DNA from: Squalus acanthias
Lineage: Eukaryota
DNA: 64,000 nucleotides
Assembly (NCBI GenBank): GCA_030390025.1
Contig: CM059432.1
Span: 104,286,001 to 104,350,000 of the forward strand
Direction of reading: 5' to 3'
This document shows, one piece after another, positions 1 through 11,909 of the stretch (position 1 is its first letter; every line of letters begins with the position of its first letter). Below the pieces are notes generated by a model, which saw nothing but the letters and a program-made list of their open reading frames with translations, had not been told where the DNA came from and searched no databases. The translations under genes were made by a program, and so were the position numbers.

Positions 1-204
1 ATGTTATTAACTTAGTCAAGCAAAAACTGTCCTTCAAAGTTGTCCAAGATTGGAGATCAAACCAATAGCCTGACTGCAGAGAAGCAGTGGAGGGATTCAT
101 CGAGGTAGAGCTGGGTGACATCAGCATACAGATGGTTCTTAATTAGCTTGTGCCTTTTTAGTGTTCGATAATTTAATCTCGAATTATGGAATCTACAACC
201 AAGG

Positions 205-415
205 TAATAAGATCCAGTTTATAATTTACTGGCTTATCCCTTCCCCTTTCCTGAACATGGGTATAACATTTGCCATTCTCTAGTCCTTTGCTACAATTCC
301 ACAGATTTTTGGAAAATGATGGTTAATTCCTCCACTATCTCCTCCAGTATTCTGGGATGCAAAGCATCAAGGCCTGGTGAGTTTTCTACTTTTAGCTTCA
401 TTAACTTCTTTAAAA
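205..415 (-). mobile_element. Old CR1 LINE ORF2 fragment
   Basis: Reverse strand reads roughly PGLDALHPRILEE...ANVIPMFRKG, the CR1 pre-RT motif (PGPDG.HPRVLKE...ANVTPLFKKG); degraded. Confidence 0.55.
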
Positions 416-919
416 AAAATTTTAAAGCTCCCCATTCACCACGATACCGTTGCAGCTGTCAATTTTCTCAATCATCTTCAATGCCTTCACTACCAGTAAA
501 AGTTCAGTTTTCCATTCCTGTTGTGCACCCATGGGCGCCCCCCCATCTCCGCTCTCTCAAGTACAAGGGGCAAACTTACCTGGCACACAACTGGTTAGCA
601 ATCAAGCTGTACTGAGCCTCAGTCTCTCCTACCAAAACCAGCTGCAACTCTAGGGCAGTATTGTCCAATAGAAATCACTGCTTAGCCACAGACATGGCTA
701 CCGTGGCACTGTTTTAGCCACATGCACTAATTTTAGTAGAAAACACCCCTTACACACAATACAGGTAAATGTACTTCATGTGTATGTATATCTAACAAAC
801 CTATGTATATTTACTTAAACATCTAAAACCAGTCTCTTTCACCAAAGCTTGAAATTCTATCATGAATTTATCAAACAGCACATCTGAGTGCAGCAGTTGA
901 GAGGAGCACTAAAAAAAAG

Positions 920-1272
920 ATTGACATGCACTTATATAGTGCCTTTCATGATCTAAGGACGTCCTAAAGCGCTTCACAGCCAATGAAGTACTTGTGAAGT
1001 GCAGTCAGTTGTAATGTGGGAAATGCTGCAGACAATTTGCGCACAGCATGGTCCCACAAACAACAATGTGATAAATGACCACAAAGTCTGTTTTAGTGAT
1101 GTTGGTTGAGGGATAAATATTGGCCAGGACACTGGGGTGAACTCCCCAGCTCTTCAAATAGTACCATGAATCTCTCATGTCCATCTGAAAGGGCAACGGG
1201 ACCTCGGTTTAATGTCTCGTCCAAAAGATGGCACCTCCGACAGTGCAGCACTCCCTCAGTACTGCACTGAAA
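920..1272 (-). mobile_element. SacSINE1-like DeuSINE
   Basis: Tail 'catgcacttatatagtgcctttca...aaagcgcttcacagccaatgaagtac' and core 'ctccctcagtactgcactg'; similar to copies at 3705-4060, 46915-47310 and 48240-48480. Confidence 0.7.
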
Positions 1273-1979
1273 CGTTATCAGAGTGGTTTTTGAGAACATC
1301 GACTCGCACACGACATTCCAGACACGCACCTACTCTCCATCCAGAACACTGTTAGGAGGCCACTAGGTCAATGAGGCAGCAAAAAGGTAGAGCCACATGT
1401 CATCAGCAAAGACAAGAAAGTTGTCGCCCCCCCCCCCCCCCCCCCCACCCACCCATGATTTTACCAAAGGGTAGCCTATAAATGAAAAGTAGACTAAGGA
1501 TGGAGCCCTATGTTACACCAGAGGTGATCGCGGGCATGGAAGGAGAAGCCCACACAGACAGAGGCAGTACGCCAGCAATACGGCACAGAAGAATGGAATA
1601 AAGAGCAGTGCCGTGGAGGTTGAATGTGAAGGAGAGATATACTGTACTAATTGAGAAATAGTCATGACCACTTAAATAAATATGATAAAAGAATAAAACA
1701 TTTGAGAATAAAACCTCCATGCACAAATCCGTTTTCTATCTATTGCAATGATAGATGTCCTTGTTAAATTAATAACTGTTAAATTAACAAAACGTTTAAA
1801 TGAATTGCAAAAGTCTGGATATATTCATTTAAGCATTGTACTTCCTCACTAAAGCCGATGTGTTAAGCCCTTTTTGATTAATGTGTTAAGCTCTTTTTAC
1901 AAATGTTTTTGCCTAGGTGTGAAAATTGCCCAGTAAGCAATTCAGTGTTTTTTTCATCTCATCAGGTGCTTGGGCTCAC

Positions 1980-2089
1980 TTTCAGCAATCAATGTGACAA
2001 GCACTTTTGTTTAGATATGAAAACTGTCTCATCGGGTGCAATGCTGAAGCATTCTGCAAGCTGGAGGACACAGTTCGTCTGGTGTCTAC
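1980..2089 (-). other. Putative non-coding (5'UTR) exon of the unidentified - strand gene
   Basis: On the - strand: acceptor tctttatcgcttgccttttAG|GTAGAC and donor GCTGAAA|GTGAGC; 110 nt in non-repetitive sequence; stops in all three frames. Confidence 0.4.
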
Positions 2090-2745
2090 CTAAAAGGCAA
2101 GCGATAAAGATTTAACTGTTAAATACTGTACAGTATTGCTAGTCATGATTAATCTATTTTTAAAGGTCCCTTTTTAGTCTTTTTTTTTAAAATGAGCTGC
2201 ACTATACTGTGTATATTGTAATGAAGCAAATGACAAATACATTTTCAGTTATCCATAACTGTGTGATCGTTTTCAGTAATTGCAATCCAGTTTGCATTCC
2301 ATCGTTAGCGTCTCACCAAATTTGATGCAATTAAATCAGATTTAAAAAATTAAGTGAATATAAAATTACCTGGCAAAATCATTATTCATTTAACCGTTTT
2401 GCACGGTACTACATTGAAAAATACACAAATGGCAAGTGAAGCTACTATTTATGCTTGAGGAACCAGTTAATACTTTCACCATAGGATTAGGCTCAAGACT
2501 GAATTTAAAGGTAGACATGAAAAACAAATTAATCAGTCTTGCACCTAAACCAGAGAATAGGCCAGTTTTTCATCAGAGATAGAATCCATTAAAGGTGTAA
2601 AATAACATTTTAATGGGATTCACCAGGCTCAGAGAGATTCATATTAGCTCCACTATGAGATGTATTACAACAAAGTTGCCATCTATTATAAAGCTCAAGT
2701 GTCATGTTAAACAGTGGAATTGGAGTTCTAGGAACTCATGGCATT

Positions 2746-3018
2746 TCACAGAATCCCCACAGTGCAGATAGAGGCCACCCTATCCCCGTAACCCCACGTA
2801 TTTAATCCCCCTAACACTAAGGGTCAATTTATCATAGCCAAATCAACCTAACCTGCACATCTTTGGACTGTGGGAGGAAACCGGAGCACCCGGAGGAAAC
2901 CCACGCAGACACGGGGAGAATGTGCAAACTCCACAGACAGTCACCCGAGGCCGGATTCGAACCTGGGTCGCTGGCGCTGTGAGGCAACAGTGCTAACCAC
3001 TATGCCACCGTGTTGCCC
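2746..3018 (-). mobile_element. HE1-type (V-SINE) tRNA-derived SINE
   Basis: A/B-box head ggtggcatagtggttagc...ggttcgaatcc and V-domain gtgggtttcctccgggtgctccggtttcctcccacagtccaaag on the - strand. Confidence 0.85.
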
Positions 3019-3704
3019 TACATCACTGAGTGTCAAGTAAATAAAAAAGGCAAAATGAAAAATATTAAAGACCCCTTCCAGCCCCTAGTAAAATGTGTGG
3101 TGGCATTAAAGTAAAGCAGGCCCAGGATTAAACCATTTATGCAGCTTTTTCTTACCCTGCCTACCATTAACAGTCAATTATTTATTTAAGAATGTAACTA
3201 GTTGCTGAAAACTTCATCACTTTTCTAACAGCTCAGGTAGTGTCTTCTAAACACAGTGATATTATGTGGATAAATACAGCCAGTTTTGTTTCACATCCAA
3301 TTAATTATCTTTGAAGTACAGAGTGTCTATTGACACCACTGTGTCAGCCAATGAGATGGAGGCGAGGCGGGACTTACGGCAGGAATCACATAAAGCTATT
3401 TACTCAGCAAACAAAGTCTATTTAAACAACACACTACAGCAAACAGTCTACAGAGTCTATTTAAAGACTCTCTACGAACTACAGCCAACAGAACTCATGA
3501 CCGAAACTACAGCAGCTTTCCCTGATAAAAGCAGGGTGATTTCACTAGCAAAATGCAACATAGTTACATTATACAAATTGATTATTTCTCCAGCAAAATG
3601 CAGTGAGTGGAGGATAGGTACATAGAAATTATGTGCGTAAAATCAATCCGAGTCATGTGACTGATGGGGGAAATTACCCAATGATCTCCATTCTGGCCAA
3701 GAAT

Positions 3705-4060
3705 AGGGGTGTCACTTTATGCATCCGTCACTGTTACGTAGGCAAATGTGGTAGCCATTTGCACACAGCAAGGTCCCACAGATAGCAAATGAGATGAATA
3801 GCCAGTTAATTTGTTTTGGTGGTGGTCATTGAGGGATAAATGTTGGCCAGGACAAGGAGAGCTCTCTGCTCTTTGAATTGTGCCATGGCAACTTACGTAT
3901 CCACTTGAACAGGCAGATGGTTCCTGCAACAATGCAGTACTCCCTCAGTACTGCACTGAAGTGTGATCCTGTATTATGCACTGCTGTCCTAGAGTGAGGC
4001 TTAAACCCATGACATTATGACACAGGTGTGAGAGCATGACCTGAGCCAAGTTGATACTCG
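3705..4060 (-). mobile_element. SacSINE1-like DeuSINE
   Basis: Similar to 920-1272 (gcacacagcaaggtcccaca, gagggataaatgttggccaggac, ctccctcagtactgcactg). Confidence 0.65.
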
Positions 4061-4519
4061 AAGCTTACCATCTTGATGCCACCTGTACTCGCACTGGGTA
4101 AATGCAGTCCTCAAGAATATGAATTTGAACAGACTGTCATATTATAATGGAAAGAAGATGGAATTGTACCATCAAATTTGGAAATGAATGAGGAAGAGAA
4201 GATACATCCTCGTGTATTTGTTCAGGATCCAACTGCACCCTGCTCTTGGTGAATACGGAAGCGTGAGGAGAGAAACAAGGCTTTTGGTGAGTGGGGCGAA
4301 GAGAGGATGCAAGGATATAACTGGAACATTTGTTTCATGCTTATGTTGTGTGTATTGGGCTAAACAGCAGCCTACTTTTGTACTGTTAAATATTTCATTT
4401 TGTACTTGCATCTTAAAAAATATTCAATTATTGAAACTGCAACTGCTTGAATATCTTTATTTCCTAAGACCAAATTAGCTAATGTTGCATTTTTCTTTTT
4501 TACTCCAACTTTCCTCCAG

Positions 4520-4850
4520 ATATTTTCCTTTCCCCCCTTCTTGTTTCAAGGTGGCAATTTAGTGGGGTTCCGTTCCATGGGCACCAATACCCTAAGTAAC
4601 TATTTTTCATCTGTGAGCCTGAAGAGTAGGTGCCAGTGGGATACTTGGCCATGGGGCCACCAGTCAAACCTGATCTAGCCCACTCCTCAACATCCGTAAG
4701 TGCTCTCCCAGTGGAGTTTGCTACTAAACAATAAATAATTGGGATTATCCCCTGATTTTTCATTCCAAGTCTGGATATGCAAATGACAAAACTGAGATCT
4801 TCTCAGGGACCGGGAATTAAACAGAGAACCTTCCTGTGGCTAAGTAGAGC
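4520..4850 (-). mobile_element. AmnSINE2-like ancient SINE (one of about 8 copies)
   Basis: Shares motifs (ccaagtggc.attcttca..tgtgagcct; gggaattaaac...aaccttcctg) with copies at 31580-31930, 38690-39070 and 54110-54430; family name from recollection of the consensus. Confidence 0.5.
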
Positions 4851-5383
4851 AGTTGGAGGGGAAGAAAGTGATGACTACTGCATAACATTTTATAGGCCGA
4901 ATGTTTAGTAGCCACTATCAGATTTGATCAAGCAGAATTTACTAGTTGCTATTTAGCATTTCTGATGACAGTAAATCTTTTAAGTCCATTGAATTCACAT
5001 TATTCACAACTACAAGGTTAAGTCAGATCTTTCAATCTGGGTGTCCTGCAGGTTTTGACTCATGAACAAGTTTAATTTCAAAAAGATCCACTGTCTGCTT
5101 CAAATATCTTAAATAAAATCCAGTGTATGGTCTTCAATTTATGGCATGAAAGTTTTACTTTCATACAATAGTAATGAATTGAAATAATGTTTAGAAACTA
5201 GTTCCGACATTGGTTTAGTGGGTAAACTGAAAAACAAGTTGAAGTACTGAGGCAAAAAATCATCTACATACCTTCCCTTTCAACTGGTCATTCTGAAAGA
5301 AAAAAAAATCTTGTACTCTAAACCACTGAAGTGGATTATGCACTCTTCCTTGGACAGTGATTGAACATTGGCGTCATCAATCC

Positions 5384-7856
5384 TTTTTTAAAAATTAATT
5401 CATGGGATGTGGGTATCGCTGGCAAGGCCAGCATTTATTGCCTATCCCGAGTTGCCCTTGAGAAGGTGGTGGTGAGCCGCCTTCTTGAACCACTGCAGTC
5501 CGTGTGGTGAGGGTACTCCCACAGTGCTCTAAGGGAGGGAGTTCCAGGATTTTGACCCAGCGACGATGAAGGATCAGTGATATACTTCCAAGTCAGGATG
5601 GTGTGAGACTTGGAGGGGAACTTGGAGGTGGTGGTGTTCCCATGCGCCTGCTGCCCATGTTCTTCTAGGTAGAAGAGGTCGCAGGTTTGGGAGGTGCTGC
5701 CGAAGAATCCTTGGCGAGTTGCTGCAGTGCATCTTGCAGATGGTACACACTGCAGCCACGGTACGCCGGTGGTGGAGGGAGTGTATGTTTAAGGTGGTGG
5801 GTGGATGGGGTGCCAATCAAGCGGGCTGCTTTGTCCTGGATGGTGTCGAGCTTCTTGAGTGTTGTTGGAGCTGCACTCATCCAGGCAAGTGGAGAGTATT
5901 CCATCACACTCCTTACTTGTGCCTTGTAGATGGTGGAAAGGCTTTGGGGAGTCAGGAGCGGAGACACTTGCCGCAGAATACCTAGCCTCTGACCTGCTCT
6001 TGTTGCCACAGTATTTATGTGGCTGGTCCAGTTAAGTTTCTGATCAATGGTGACCCCCAGGATGTTGATGGTGGGGGATTCGGCGATGGTAATGCCGTTG
6101 AATGTCAAGGGGCGGTGGTTAGACTCTCGCTTGTTGGAGATAGTCATTGCCCGGCACTTGTGTGGCGCGAATGTTACCTGCCACTTATCAACCCAAGCCT
6201 GAACGTCATCCAGGTCTTGTTGCATGCGGACATGGACTGCTTCATTATCTGAGGAGTTGTGAATGGGCAGTTTTCCACATTGCCGGATAGATGTCAGTGT
6301 TGTAGCTGTACTGGAACAGCTTGGCTAGCAGTGCAGCTAGTTCTGGAGCACAAGTCTTCAGCACGATAGCCAGGATGTTGTCGGGGCCCATTGCCTTTGC
6401 TGTATCCAGTGCGCTCAGCCGTTTCTTGATATCACGTGGAGTGAATCGAATTGGCTGAAGACTGGCTTCTGTGATGGTGGGGCCTTCAGGAGTAGGCCGA
6501 TATGGATCATCCACTCGGCACTTCTGGCTGAAGATGGTTGCAAACGCTTCAGCCTTGTCTTCTGCACTCACATGCTGGGCTCCACCATCATTGAGGATGG
6601 AGATATTCATGGTGCCTCCTCATCCTGTTAGTTGTTTAATGGTCCACCACCATTCACGATTGGATGTGGCAGGACTGCAGAGCTTTGATCTGATCTGTTG
6701 ATTGTGGGAATCGCTCAGCCCTGTCTATAGCATGCTGCCTCTGCTTTTTAGCATGCATGTAGTCCTGTGTTGCAGCTTCCCCAGGTTGGCACCTCATTTT
6801 TAGGTACACCTGATGCTTCTCCTGGCATGCTCTTCTACACTCCTTTTTGAACCAAGGTTGGTCCCCTGGCTTGATGGTAATGGTAGAGTGAAGGATATGC
6901 CAGACCATGAGGATACAGATTGTGGTGGAATACAATTCTGCTGCTGCTGATGGCCTACAGCGCCTCACGGATGCCCAGTTTTGAGCTGCTAGGTCTGTTC
7001 TGAATCTATCCCATTTACCACGGTGGTCGTGCCACACAACACGATGGAGGGTGTCCTCAGTGTGAAGACGGGACTTCGTCTCCACAATGACCGTCCGGTG
7101 GTCACTGCTACCAATACTATCATGGACAGATGCATCTGCGACAGGTAGATTGGTGAGGACGAGGTCAACACGGTGGCATAGTGGTTAGCACTGGTGCCTC
7201 ACAGCGCCAGGGACCCGGGTTCGAATCTGACCTCGGGTGACTGTCTGTGTGGAGTTTTCACATTCTCCCCGTGTCTGCGTGGGTTTCCTCCGGGTGCTCC
7301 GGTTTCCTCCCACAGTCCAAAAATGTGCGGGTTAGGTTGATTTGGCAATGATAAATTGACCCTTAGTGTTAGGGGGGGGTTAAATATGTGGGGTTATGGG
7401 GATCGGATGGGATATGTTAGGGGGAATTAAATACGTGGGGTTACGGGGGTAGGGTGGGATATGTGTACTGTGGGGATTAAAGCAGGGACAGGGTACTGGA
7501 TTTGGATGATCAGCCATTATCGTATTGAATGGTGGAGCAGGCTCGACGGGCCGAATGGCCTACTCCTGCTCCTAGATTCTATGTTTCTATGTTTAAGTAG
7601 GATTTTCCCTCATGTTAGTTCTCTCAGCATCTGTTGCAGGCCCAGACTGGCAGCTATGTCCTTCAGGACTCGGCCAGCTCGGTCAGTAGTGGTGCTACCG
7701 AGCCACTCTTGGTGATGGACATTGAAGTCCCCCACCCAAAGTACATTCTGTGCCCTTGCTACTCTCAGTGCTTCTTCCAAGTGGTGTTCAACATGGAGGA
7801 GTATTGATTCATCAGCTGAGGGAGGGCGGTAGGTGGTAATCAGCAGGAGGTTTCCT
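5384..7856 (-). mobile_element. CR1/L2-group LINE, 5' truncated, with internal deletion of the RT core, interrupted by a SINE
   Basis: ORF pieces 5665-6225 (QAWVDKWQVTFAPHKC...ILGVTIDQKLNW), 6245-6610 (KAMGPDNI) and 6654-7085; 3' tail gggcaataaatgctggcc-like at ~5400-5460; at ~6268 WKTA jumps directly to post-RT sequence. Confidence 0.85.
7169..7594 (+). mobile_element. HE1-type V-SINE carrying an extra CR1 3' tail, inserted in the LINE
   Basis: Head cacggtggcatagtggttagc, V-domain, then CR1 tail ...gaatggcctactcctgctcctagattctatgtttctatg; host LINE resumes on both sides. Confidence 0.85.
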
Positions 7857-8061
7857 GGGCACTATTACATAGATGGGGGAAGAAAAAAGGTGGAGTCCAC
7901 TAAAATTATTCCCCCCAAAATACAACTTTGTGAATGACATTACACTTAAAACAAGCTCATCCTCTCCTTCCTTTAAACACGTTTCAAAGTTTCAGCAAGG
8001 CAGTCGGGATTTTTATAGGGCTTAGAACAGATATGTATGGTACTTGCATATTGTTATCCAG

Positions 8062-8890
8062 GTACACCTTAATGTGAAGGGGGCAAAACCAAACGTTTTA
8101 AGCGTTTTAATATCCTATGCACTAAAGGAAAGAATATCAGCAGAATTACATCACACAGAGCGAGGGCATAATTGAGACTGGGAAAGCCTAATCGTGGCTG
8201 TAGTAAAACCCGACGGTGATAGAAAAATTTGTGGCATCTATCAAATAGGTGTAAACACTAGTTTTGGATGTTCATGAGTATTTTCTGGCCAGGGCTGTAG
8301 CTAAACTCAGTGGTGGCCAACAGTGTCAGATGTGGCTCAGTTGGTAGCACCCTTGCCCAAGTCAGAAGGTTATGGGTTCAAGTCCCACTCCAGGGACTTG
8401 AGCACAAAAATCTACGCTGACACTCCAGTGCAGTTCTGAGGAAGCTTGCTAAATAATGTCGGAATTTTGGTATTGCATCTGCTTCGGCCATATTTCAGAA
8501 AACCATGGAGACAATATGAGGTGGTCGCCAGAGAACACAATGCACCCGGATCATCTCATGGTTACTGGAAGATCAGAGGAAGTATGCAAAATCTTGAATC
8601 AGTTTTCAAGTGATTACGAATGTGACTTCCGACAAAATGTTCAAATGCTCAGTTATAGGACTCAAGTATTTTTCTTTCATTGTTAACAAGTTTGCTATTC
8701 AACCAAAGAAGAAGGTTGAAGCAATGCCTTCTGCACCTACTCCAACGAAAATGGAAGAGTAGCAGTCATTTCTGAGTTTCTTCAATTATTACTGGAACTT
8801 TGTTCCAAATATTTTGACTGTCGCGTAACCATTGAATAGACCACTTCATTAGAAAGATTGTTAGAGTAGTTTTGAACAGCTGAGGATAGC
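8062..8890 (+). pseudogene. Decayed Ty3/Gypsy LTR-retrotransposon reverse transcriptase fragment
   Basis: Frameshifted motifs read by eye: VHLNVK.GAKP, YALKERISAEL, IVAVVKPDG..KICG, AKLSGGQ, FGIASASAIFQKTMETI, DHLMVTG, KKVEAMPSAPTP...SFLSFFNYYWNFVPN; no LTRs seen. Confidence 0.75.
8323..8442 (+). mobile_element. SacSINE1-like SINE 5' fragment inserted in the Gypsy remnant
   Basis: tRNA-like head gtggctcagttggtagcac...gggttcaagtcccactccag followed by gctgacactccagtgcag. Confidence 0.65.
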
Positions 8891-10838
8891 CGTAAAGTTA
8901 CACTGCAGTAATTCAGTTGTTCAGGTACACCAAATTAAATTACAGCATTGTAGCTCAGTGTCAGATATTTATTTTATGTAATAAAGATTACATTTTTAGA
9001 AGCTTTTTTTTTTAAAAGAACGCTTAATTTGACATCCAGCAATTGCACTTAAAAATTTAAAAGATGGAGAGGGATAATTTTTTTCACCAAAATTAAGTCC
9101 TCAACTTTGCAGAACCAAAGAAAAACATCCAAAGAAATCTAAGTGCTTCTGTCATGAATCTTTCTTACAACCACCTATCTGGATTTTAATCTACAATTAG
9201 TGTCCGGACAATTCATATAACATACCATGATTGCTAACATGAAGTAGCACAGAACTCGGTATGTGAGTGTGAAGTATGTGAGTAAAAAAAGTTAACGTTA
9301 CATCAAGCCAGCTCCTTCCGAATCACCATGTACAATTTACATTCTCATTAATGTCTCTATCCCCATTGCACAACATAATCAGCTGATAAGCAAAATCAGA
9401 GGACCCATGTTCCATAGAATGTCTGATCTATGGTTACACTTATTCCATTAACCATCAATCCTGTTGTTAAGATATTCATCCAGCTCCTTTTTAAAAAGAG
9501 TTGGACTACTTTTGGTGCACGTCCTTTGCATATCTACTACTGCAGGAAAGAGTTCCAATCTCTAGCAATGGGGTCTGTCAATTTCGTGCCAGTCTGCCAA
9601 CAAACCTGCTTATGGACCTCTTCACATTATAAAGACATGAATTTCGAAAACTAAGGAAAAGGTTTGTAATACAACCCTGGTTAAAACAAACTTCCCAATC
9701 TTTTCTCCCCACCCCAGTTAGTATCACTACTATATTTAACTGTCAGTAGATGTATTTTTAAAGGCTGGATTTGTTTTGTTAGCACAATCCCCTTAAACAC
9801 GTTTGCAAGATAGATGAACTACTGTAGAACACTCAAAGAATTTTTTATAAATCTACTGCCAGATTATTGCATTGGATTTATTAGATTAGTTCATCCACAA
9901 CTAAGACATCCAAATTGTCTTTGAAGTTCTGTATTTCTGGCATAAATAGTGCCATGCATAGAGATGAAGACTAGGATCAGAAATTAGCACTCTGGTTGGG
10001 AGGTCATTGTAGGGCTCGTGCGCACATTAAATCATCTCTCCAGAAAGACTGCAGTCATCATTAAGTATAAATTGTTACACAACACAACAGCCATTTGTCA
10101 ATGAGTTACAATGTAGTAATTCAATAGTTTAGGCACAGTGTAACAGACTGAATTACAGCCTTACAGCTCACTAACATTTATGCTATGTAAATCATACTGA
10201 ATTTTTCTCCAAACAGGTGGTAGATTTTGCAAAGTGTTGGGTGCTTTTTTTGGCAGAAAGGAAAAAGTACTCAAATTAAAGTACTCCCACTTATACTATC
10301 CTTGTGTGTCCACACAAGTCACTGTTCTTCAAACACTGATTGTGCATGCGCAAATGCTTCAAGATAATCTGGCCTGAAAAGAGCTATATAAATTATCCTT
10401 CCTTGATACTATCACGTAACAAGACTTTTATTCCCCCCTCCACACAAATAAGTTACCAGCAGATAATCCAGTTCATTAGTCTTGAACTACTGCACAACTA
10501 ATATCTTGTAAGAGAAATGTTCTCCAGTCTGTACTTCCTGCTGTACAGTGCACCCAGCACCGTGCATAAACTTTCTGACCAATTAAGTTCATTTTTCATT
10601 ATTACAGTATTCAATTACAAATCCAACAAGTTGAGGTCTGACCTCTTCTCTCCATATATGAAACACTATCATATCTCCATAATTGACCATTCCAACTTAA
10701 AAATGGAAATCTGTATTCAAGCTATTTTTAAAAAGTACCAAAACATTTAGACAGTAATATATCACAACACCAGGTCTCCATTTAACTTTTACAGCAAACT
10801 TTGCCCATCTTCTCACTGCATGCAAAACAAAACATTTA

Positions 10839-11493
10839 GGGCGAAAAATTGAGTCGCGCCCCCTTTGGGGCGCTAACTTCGCCGGGGTGCTACTTTTAGC
10901 GCCCTGGAAAAATTAGCACCCCTGCGACCGAAATTGAGTGGTAGCGCCCCAAGAGGGAAGTGGGGCGCTACTGGAAGTGCCCCGCCTCCCTCCTGGGGCG
11001 CTGCGAGAGAATATCGCGGCGCTACGTGCCGCAGCGCGTCGCGCTGTGGTATTGCAGGCCTTCCTCCCCTTCTTAAAGGGGAGGGGCCTTGCACAGCATG
11101 ACCCGGGGCCCAGGACTCGGGATTGCCAGCAAAAGAGCCCAGCACTCAAGAGAAGTGCCGGGCTCATGGAGCGCAGCCGGCACTCCGCGGGGGGCGGGCG
11201 GGCGGGCGGGGGGGTAAGGAGGCCGGGGACGGCAGTGGAGGCAGGTGCTGGCAGGCAGCCCTCGCCTTTAAACAGCGCCGCCCCGGCCGCAGGTAGGCTC
11301 CCCCTAACCTCGTCGGACATAGCGTCCGGCGGTAAGTCAGGGGGCGCTACCAAAGATCGTGGCCGGGGAGCTGCGCACGGCGCTAACGGTTAGCGCCGCC
11401 GCTAACCTCCCACTGAATTTCGTGGGAGGCGTTGGCGGCGCCGCCCTCTTAGGGCGCTAACGGGAAGCACAAAGCAACTGACTTTTTCCCCCC
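10839..11493. mobile_element. GC-rich non-autonomous DNA transposon (PIF/Harbinger-type MITE)
   Basis: Imperfect TIRs gggcgaaaaattgagtcgc / gcaactgactttttcccccc; flanked by TTA at 10836-38 and 11494-96; many internal gcgcta/tagcgc motifs. Confidence 0.7.
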
Positions 11494-11909
11494 TTAAATT
11501 GTAACAATAATAAAAATTTCTGAATTGTACTAATTGCTCATTTTGTACTAATTACTCCCGTGGCATTGCCCACGTAAAAGGAGTGGAAGATTCAGTCAGG
11601 GCAGACCAGAGAACAGATCAGGACTTCGGCATAAAAAAAACATATTTCCAATGCTACCATACCAAAAACAATTTAAAAAAAGAATGGGAATCTTATGGGT
11701 CTGAGGTTAACATCGACCAATCAGAAACTTTACAGGCTCAGTAGTGTTAATAGCGCAACATATAATATAAAACATAGACGAGATTTTCGGTAGATTTGTT
11801 GTTCAAGTGGCCAAAAGACTACACAATAATTGATTTGAGTTCGTGTTGCATTGTCACTTTTACTACTTAACGCAAACCTATCTAAAACTGAACTCAGAAT
11901 TGGATCGAC

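Noticed and set aside
1945..1965. CTGATGA...GAAA on the - strand resembling a hammerhead core or a snoRNA C box
   Set aside because: No stem II between the motifs and no matching terminal stem or D-box arrangement.
2960..3018. tRNA-like A/B boxes (also at 7169, 8323 and 46915)
   Set aside because: They are SINE heads continuing into SINE bodies; no complete cloverleaf.
10873..11393. Overlapping 90-151 aa ORFs
   Set aside because: Artefacts of a GC-rich MITE; no recognisable domain.
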